Positions 60,000-64,000 of a stretch of DNA of 64,000 nucleotides are shown here, piece by piece. Origin of the DNA: an uncultured Solirubrobacterales bacterium (GTDB lineage Bacteria > Actinomycetota > Thermoleophilia > Solirubrobacterales > Solirubrobacteraceae). The stretch's first letter is position 1; every line of letters starts with the position of its first letter. Made by a program: the position numbers and the translations under genes. The stretch spans positions 9,855-73,854 of the forward strand of contig CAVSEF010000001.1 of the NCBI GenBank assembly GCA_963726985.1, read 5' to 3'. The notes under the pieces are model-generated. The model was given only the letters and a program-made list of their open reading frames with translations, searched no databases and was not told the DNA's origin.

Positions 60000-60030
60000 G
60001 GTAACACAGGGCTACACCTTGGGTGTCTGC
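60000..60030 (+). promoter_or_regulatory. island motif copy F (GGTAACACAGGGCTACACCTTGGGTGTCTGC)
   Basis: It lies 244-274 nt upstream of the kinase start (60274). A partial inverted copy (GCAACAGAGCCCTC on the minus strand) sits at ~60222-60240. Confidence 0.55.
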
Positions 60031-60273
60031 GATAGGGGCATCGGCGACGGATAACGGGCACCGAGTCCTGGTCGACGGTGAACTAGTCCTAAGAGCCCTC
60101 GCCGCCGCGGCGAAGATCTGCCGCGGCGGCGCGGTTGTGCTTTCCCCGTAGTCTGATCCCACTCGACCCACGCGCCCCAGCCCGGAGTCCCACACGACGC
60201 TACGCGTCAGCGACTCGTACCTGAGGGCTCTGTTGCTCCGATCACTGGTGCGATCGGATAGCGTTCGCCTCCG

Positions 60274-62385
60274 ATGCGCCAAGCGTTGTGGCAGAGACGT
60301 AAGGCCCTACTGCTCCTCGCGGTCGCGCTGATCTCCGCCGGACTCGGCAGCCTGGCCTACAACAGCCACCTCCTGCGCCGTCCCGAGCAGCAGACGATCG
60401 ACGCGCGCTTTCAGATCCGGGGCACCGATCGTCACCGGGCCACGGGTGTCGTTCTGGTGGACATCGACGCCACGACCTTCAACTATTTCCGAAACCACAA
60501 CCGGCCCGCGCAGTGGCCGTTTCCGCGTCGCTACCACGCTCGCGTGATCGAAGAGCTCCACCGTGCGGGCGCCAAGGTGATCGCCTTCGACGTCCAGTTC
60601 ACCGAGCCCACCGACCCCGCCGATGACAACGCGCTGATCGAAGCGGTCGGACACGCACACAACATGGTGCTGAGCACGACCGAAGTCGGCCCGCACGGCA
60701 CCACCGACGTGCTGGGAGGCGAAGCGGTTCTGCGCCGGGTGGATGCCCGCGCCGCCAACACGAGCGTGATACCCGACAGCGACGGGGTCATCCGCAACAC
60801 GCAGTACTCGATCGATGGCCTGAAGACCTTCGGCGTGGCGGTGGCCGAAGCGGACACCGGCCGCGCGGTGCCGCCGTCGCTGTTCGGCGGCGTAAAAAAG
60901 CCGGTGCCGATCGACTACGCCGGGCCGCCCGGCACGTTTCCCTCGATCTCCTACTCGCGCGTCTACGACGGCCGGTTCCCAGCCGGCATGTTCGCCGGCA
61001 AGATCGTGATCGTCGGAGCGTCGGCGCCGACGCTCCAGGATCTCCACCAGACACCGATGTCCGGCTCCTCGCCGATGGCAGGTGAGGAAATCCTCGCCAA
61101 CAAGGTGGCCACGGTCCTGGCCGGCATCCCGCTGCGCAACCCGTCGAGCCTGGCTGACGGTGCTGCTGATCGTGCTCCTCGCCCTGCTGGCATGTGTCGC
61201 GGGCATGCGGCTTGGGACGCTCGGCGTGGCCCTGGCGGGTCTCGGCATTCTTGGCCTGTGGACGGTCTGCACCCAGCTCGCGTTCGACTCGGGCACCGTG
61301 CTCGACTACAGCGACCCGGCCGCCTCGCTGATGCTCGCCACAGGCGGAACCGTGCTCGTGGGTCTGTGGGCCGACAGCCGCGAGCGCAGGCGGCTGCGCA
61401 ACCTGTTCGCGGCCGACTCGGCGAGCATCGTCGAGGAGGTCCTGCGCGCCTCCGGGCCCCGCTCGCTAGAGCCCACCGCGATCATCGCCGGCTACAGGAT
61501 CGAGCAGGCGATCGGGCGCGGCGGCATGGGAGTCGTCTACCGTGCCACCCAGCTGGCGCTCGAGCGCCCGGTGGCGATCAAGCTGATCGCGACCGAGCGC
61601 GCGCAGGATCCGGTGTTTCGCGGCCGCTTCAAGCTCGAGTCGCGGCTGGCGGCCTCGATCGAGCACTCAACGTCATCCCGGTGTATGAGGCCGGCGAGGA
61701 CGACGGCCTGCTGTTCATCGCGATGCGCCTGGTCGAAGGGACCGACCTGGCGCAGCTGCTCGAGCGCGTCGGGGCGCTCGAGCCCTCAAGGGCGGCGCGA
61801 CTGATCGGCCAGCTCGCGGGAGCGCTGGACGCCGCCCACGCCCACGGCCTCGTGCACAGAGACGTAAAGCCCGCCAACGTGCTACTCACACTCGATGAGC
61901 CCGAGCATCTCTATCTCACCGACTTCGGCGTCGCCAAGCACATCGGCGCGGGCGAGGGCGTGACCCAGGCCGGCCAGTGGGTCGGCACCCTGGATTATCT
62001 CGCGCCCGAGCAGATCCGTGGAGAGGCGGCCGGCGCCGGCGCCGACATCTATGCGCTCGCCGGTCTCCTGTACCACTGCCTGACCGGAGAGGTCCCCTTT
62101 CCGCGGGAGAACGAGGCGGCCAAGCTGTGGGCACACGTCAACGCCCCGCCTCCCGCGCCCAGCCGATTGCGGCCCGACCTTCCGAAGGCGATCGACGGGG
62201 TGATCGCCCGCGGGATGGCCAAGGATCCGGCCGCACGCTTTCACAGCGCCGCCGAGCTGGCCCACGCCTGCGCGCAGGCGCTGGGCCTCGCCACAGACGA
62301 GGTTGGACCGCTCCGGCCTGACGGCCCCGGCGATGGTTCCGGCCACGCCGAGCGGCCGTCGGCGCCGACGGTCGTCTCGGAATGA
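60274..62385 (+). CDS. CHASE2 sensor-domain Ser/Thr protein kinase; the central ~170 codons are out of the homologous frame
   Basis: The N-terminus is CHASE2-like (TM, ...VLVDIDATTF...VIAFDVQFTEP...GKIVIVGASAP). The C-terminus reads HRDVKPANVLL...DFGVAK...GTLDYLAPE. The TM helices, the GRGGMGVVY loop and the AIK lysine are readable only in the frame of ORF 61082..61804. Confidence 0.78.
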   Translation: MRQALWQRRKALLLLAVALISAGLGSLAYNSHLLRRPEQQTIDARFQIRGTDRHRATGVVLVDIDATTFNYFRNHNRPAQWPFPRRYHARVIEELHRAGAKVIAFDVQFTEPTDPADDNALIEAVGHAHNMVLSTTEVGPHGTTDVLGGEAVLRRVDARAANTSVIPDSDGVIRNTQYSIDGLKTFGVAVAEADTGRAVPPSLFGGVKKPVPIDYAGPPGTFPSISYSRVYDGRFPAGMFAGKIVIVGASAPTLQDLHQTPMSGSSPMAGEEILANKVATVLAGIPLRNPSSLADGAADRAPRPAGMCRGHAAWDARRGPGGSRHSWPVDGLHPARVRLGHRARLQRPGRLADARHRRNRARGSVGRQPRAQAAAQPVRGRLGEHRRGGPARLRAPLARAHRDHRRLQDRAGDRARRHGSRLPCHPAGARAPGGDQADRDRARAGSGVSRPLQARVAAGGLDRALNVIPVYEAGEDDGLLFIAMRLVEGTDLAQLLERVGALEPSRAARLIGQLAGALDAAHAHGLVHRDVKPANVLLTLDEPEHLYLTDFGVAKHIGAGEGVTQAGQWVGTLDYLAPEQIRGEAAGAGADIYALAGLLYHCLTGEVPFPRENEAAKLWAHVNAPPPAPSRLRPDLPKAIDGVIARGMAKDPAARFHSAAELAHACAQALGLATDEVGPLRPDGPGDGSGHAERPSAPTVVSE

Positions 62386-62390
62386 GCGCC

Positions 62391-62699
62391 TCAGCGCAGG
62401 TCGCGCTCTGAGATCACGCCGAACTGCAGCACGCACTCGGCGAGCCTCGCGCGCTTCTCGTTCTGGGGCATCTCGCTCAGCTCGAACTCGGCGAACAGCC
62501 TGCGCAGGTGCATCTTCACCGCGTCGACGCTCAGGAACACCTCCGCGGCGATCTGCTGGTTGGTCGCCGGGGTGGCGAAGCTCGGACCGTCGCGATAGGG
62601 GCGGCAGAGCGCGATCAGAACCCGGCGCTGGGTGTCGGTGAGCTCCCGCGAGCGCGGGCGCCTCGCCGGCCGTGACCGTCTCCTGCACCGGGGTTGCAC
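62391..62699 (-). CDS. LuxR/GerE-type HTH protein (start uncertain; possibly the C-terminal half of an FHA-LuxR fusion)
   Basis: LTDTQRRVLIALCRPYRDGPSFATPATNQQIAAEVFLSVDAVKMHLRRLFAEFEL. The in-frame GTG at 62699 overlaps the FHA ORF tail. Confidence 0.6.
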   Translation of the reverse strand: MQPRCRRRSRPARRPRSRELTDTQRRVLIALCRPYRDGPSFATPATNQQIAAEVFLSVDAVKMHLRRLFAEFELSEMPQNEKRARLAECVLQFGVISERDLR

Positions 62700-63097
62700 C
62701 CCCCGCCCTGTAGAGCGAGGATCGTCTGCCCGATGCGAACGCGGTCTCCGTCGCGCAGCCGCTGACGGCCGCTGACACGCTGGCCGTTGACATAGGTTCC
62801 GTTTGTCGACAGCCCGTCGTCGACGATCGTCCATTCGCCGCCGAGGCCCTGGAGCTCGGCGTGCAGACCGGAGACCTCCGAGTCCCAGGCGATCGACAGG
62901 TCCATCTCCGCCCGGCGCCCGACGGTCCGGGTCTGCCCGCCACGACCGGTCGCGAACAGGCCGAGTCGCCCCTCCCCGTCCCTGAACGCGAGAAACGGCT
63001 TGCCGGCCCGTTCGATCGCAAGCAGCTCCTGCAGCTCGCTCGGCGAGAGCGAGTGCGGAGCAAGCGGATCGCCGTGCTTGTCAAGGTGAGTGGGCAT
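62615..63097 (-). CDS. FHA-domain protein
   Basis: The ATG is preceded by GGAGA. ...TVGRRAEMDLSIAWDSEVSGLHAELQGLGGEWTIVDDGLSTNGTYVNGQRVSGRQRLRDGDRVRIGQTIL. The 35-aa tail after the domain looks non-coding. Confidence 0.72.
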   Translation of the reverse strand: MPTHLDKHGDPLAPHSLSPSELQELLAIERAGKPFLAFRDGEGRLGLFATGRGGQTRTVGRRAEMDLSIAWDSEVSGLHAELQGLGGEWTIVDDGLSTNGTYVNGQRVSGRQRLRDGDRVRIGQTILALQGGGCNPGAGDGHGRRGARARGSSPTPSAGF

Positions 63098-63324
63098 CGC
63101 ATCTCCAGGCACGAGCCGGGCTCGACAGTAACAGGCTACTCGCCAAAGCCGTGACTCGGGGCCGATGATGCCGGGCGGGTCATCTACAGCGGGGACGCCC
63201 ACCAACTCTTGAACGTCGTGCTGGCCCTGGTTGGCCTTTCCGCAAGGCCACACTGCTCACCTGGGCATATACGTTCATGCTCCTCGCGGTCCTCGCCGAT
63301 CTCGTCGGGGAAGCTCATCTGATA

Positions 63325-64000
63325 TCAGGGGCGGGCGGCGAGGTAGTTTCGTAGGAGCGGCTCGGGGATGACCCAGTCCCCACGGCCGTGGTGTTCGGCG
63401 ATTCCTGCACGCTCCATCATGCTCAACGCGCGCCTGGCGCCGGAGGACTCGGTGCCGCTGTAGGGGCGCTGGCCACGCGCGAGGCGCAGCGCGATTGGGT
63501 AGGCATGCGCGGTGGAGCGCAGCCGTTCGACGATCTCCTCTTAACGTAACCGGTCGGCCTGCATCGCGAGTTCCTGGCCACCGCGGACATCACCGAACTC
63601 GATCCTGGTGCCCTCGCGGCGAGCGAGGGTGACCGTCAGGGGGTCTCGCGGGCGACCAGCATCGTCGCGCGCGGATGCCCTTCACCGAGAGCGACGATCT
63701 CTCCAATCGTGCCTTCGGCAGCCTGAACATCGGGCTCCCGCTGTAGCGTGCGGCGATACCGGCCTCCCACTCACGCGGAGAGATGGAGTCGGCTCTAAAA
63801 CTCTTGCCGAACTGGCTCAGCGCTCTACGCGTTGGGCCAAACAGGTCACGCATCAGATGCTCCATGCTGCCAGCGAACAACACGCTGATCAGCGGCGAAC
63901 GCTGCAACTCCGAGCGTAACTGCTTGGTCAGCACATCCGGCTCCCCGAAGCGATGCGATGGCACCGCGATGTCTTGAAACTCGTCCAGGAACAACACAAT
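63325..64000 (-). pseudogene. decayed paralog of the Arch-ATPase-like gene 42215..43369 (5' end outside the window)
   Basis: LFLDEFQDIAV...LISVLFAGSMEHLMRDLFG aligns with VLVAFDEFHEV...YLFAGSEPGLMNQLFG. Downstream homology (GEIVALGEGHPRATMLVA ... GDWVIPEPLLRNYLAA) continues in two other frames and crosses a stop. The 3' boundary is approximate. Confidence 0.6.

Noticed and set aside
61882-63102. 406-aa minus-strand ORF antisense to the kinase 3' end and running through the LuxR/FHA region
   Set aside because: It is an Arg/Pro/Ala-rich shadow ORF. Only its short stretch LYRAGGATPVQETVTAGEAP is of interest, as a possible linker frame of an ancestral FHA-LuxR fusion.

Overview
The window is about 70% GC and has an Actinomycetota-type gene order. 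I did not assign a lineage. It splits into two very different halves.

(1) Bases 1 to ~31.9 kb are a conserved housekeeping block, mostly on the minus strand. It holds an ECF sigma factor with a fused ZAS domain, an Lrp/AsnC-like protein, an MBL hydrolase, a rhomboid-like protein, csrA, ftsB-like, eno, a PPIase lipoprotein, mfd, pth, rplY(ctc), prs, glmU, tRNA-Gln(TTG), a CAP-domain protein, a PucR regulator, ispE, rsmA, tatD, metG, rsmI, an LCP protein, an FmdB-like protein, TetR, a cation/proton antiporter, an SDR and an SRPBCC protein. All of these read cleanly in one frame.

(2) From ~32 kb to the end is an accessory island.
- It opens with a 38-bp tandem repeat, an AT-hook-like repeat protein and two toxin-antitoxin pairs (RHH/ParE and HTH-MNT/HEPN).
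- Next comes a dense set of exported or lipoprotein genes: PASTA, TolB-like, RCC1, YVTN-propeller, Cys-repeat and beta-lactamase-like proteins, an O-antigen-ligase-like protein and an Arch-ATPase-like protein.
- It ends with a CHASE2-Ser/Thr kinase, an FHA/LuxR pair, an IS1182 remnant and a decayed ATPase paralog.

Most interesting signals:
(a) A ~30-nt motif (GGTAACAGAGCCCTACACCTTGGGTGGGTAG) recurs about 10 times, always pointing toward a downstream gene. Most of those genes encode exported proteins that are unrelated to each other.
(b) A ~190-aa C-terminal module is attached to four different N-terminal architectures and is duplicated together with the motif.
(c) A 7-unit YVTN-type repeat array has its blade core in frame in only 2 units, yet every unit length is a multiple of 3. 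The frameshifts are therefore pairwise compensated.
(d) Six back-to-back perfect palindromes, all centred on CATG, sit between two convergent genes.
(e) Frameshifts are heavily concentrated in the island and absent from the core.

All calls come from reading the ORF translations and the sequence by eye, with no searches run. CDS starts were chosen from in-frame start codons and RBS-like purine runs. Coordinates of non-coding features were anchored on the ORF-track frames but may still be off by 1-2 nt.
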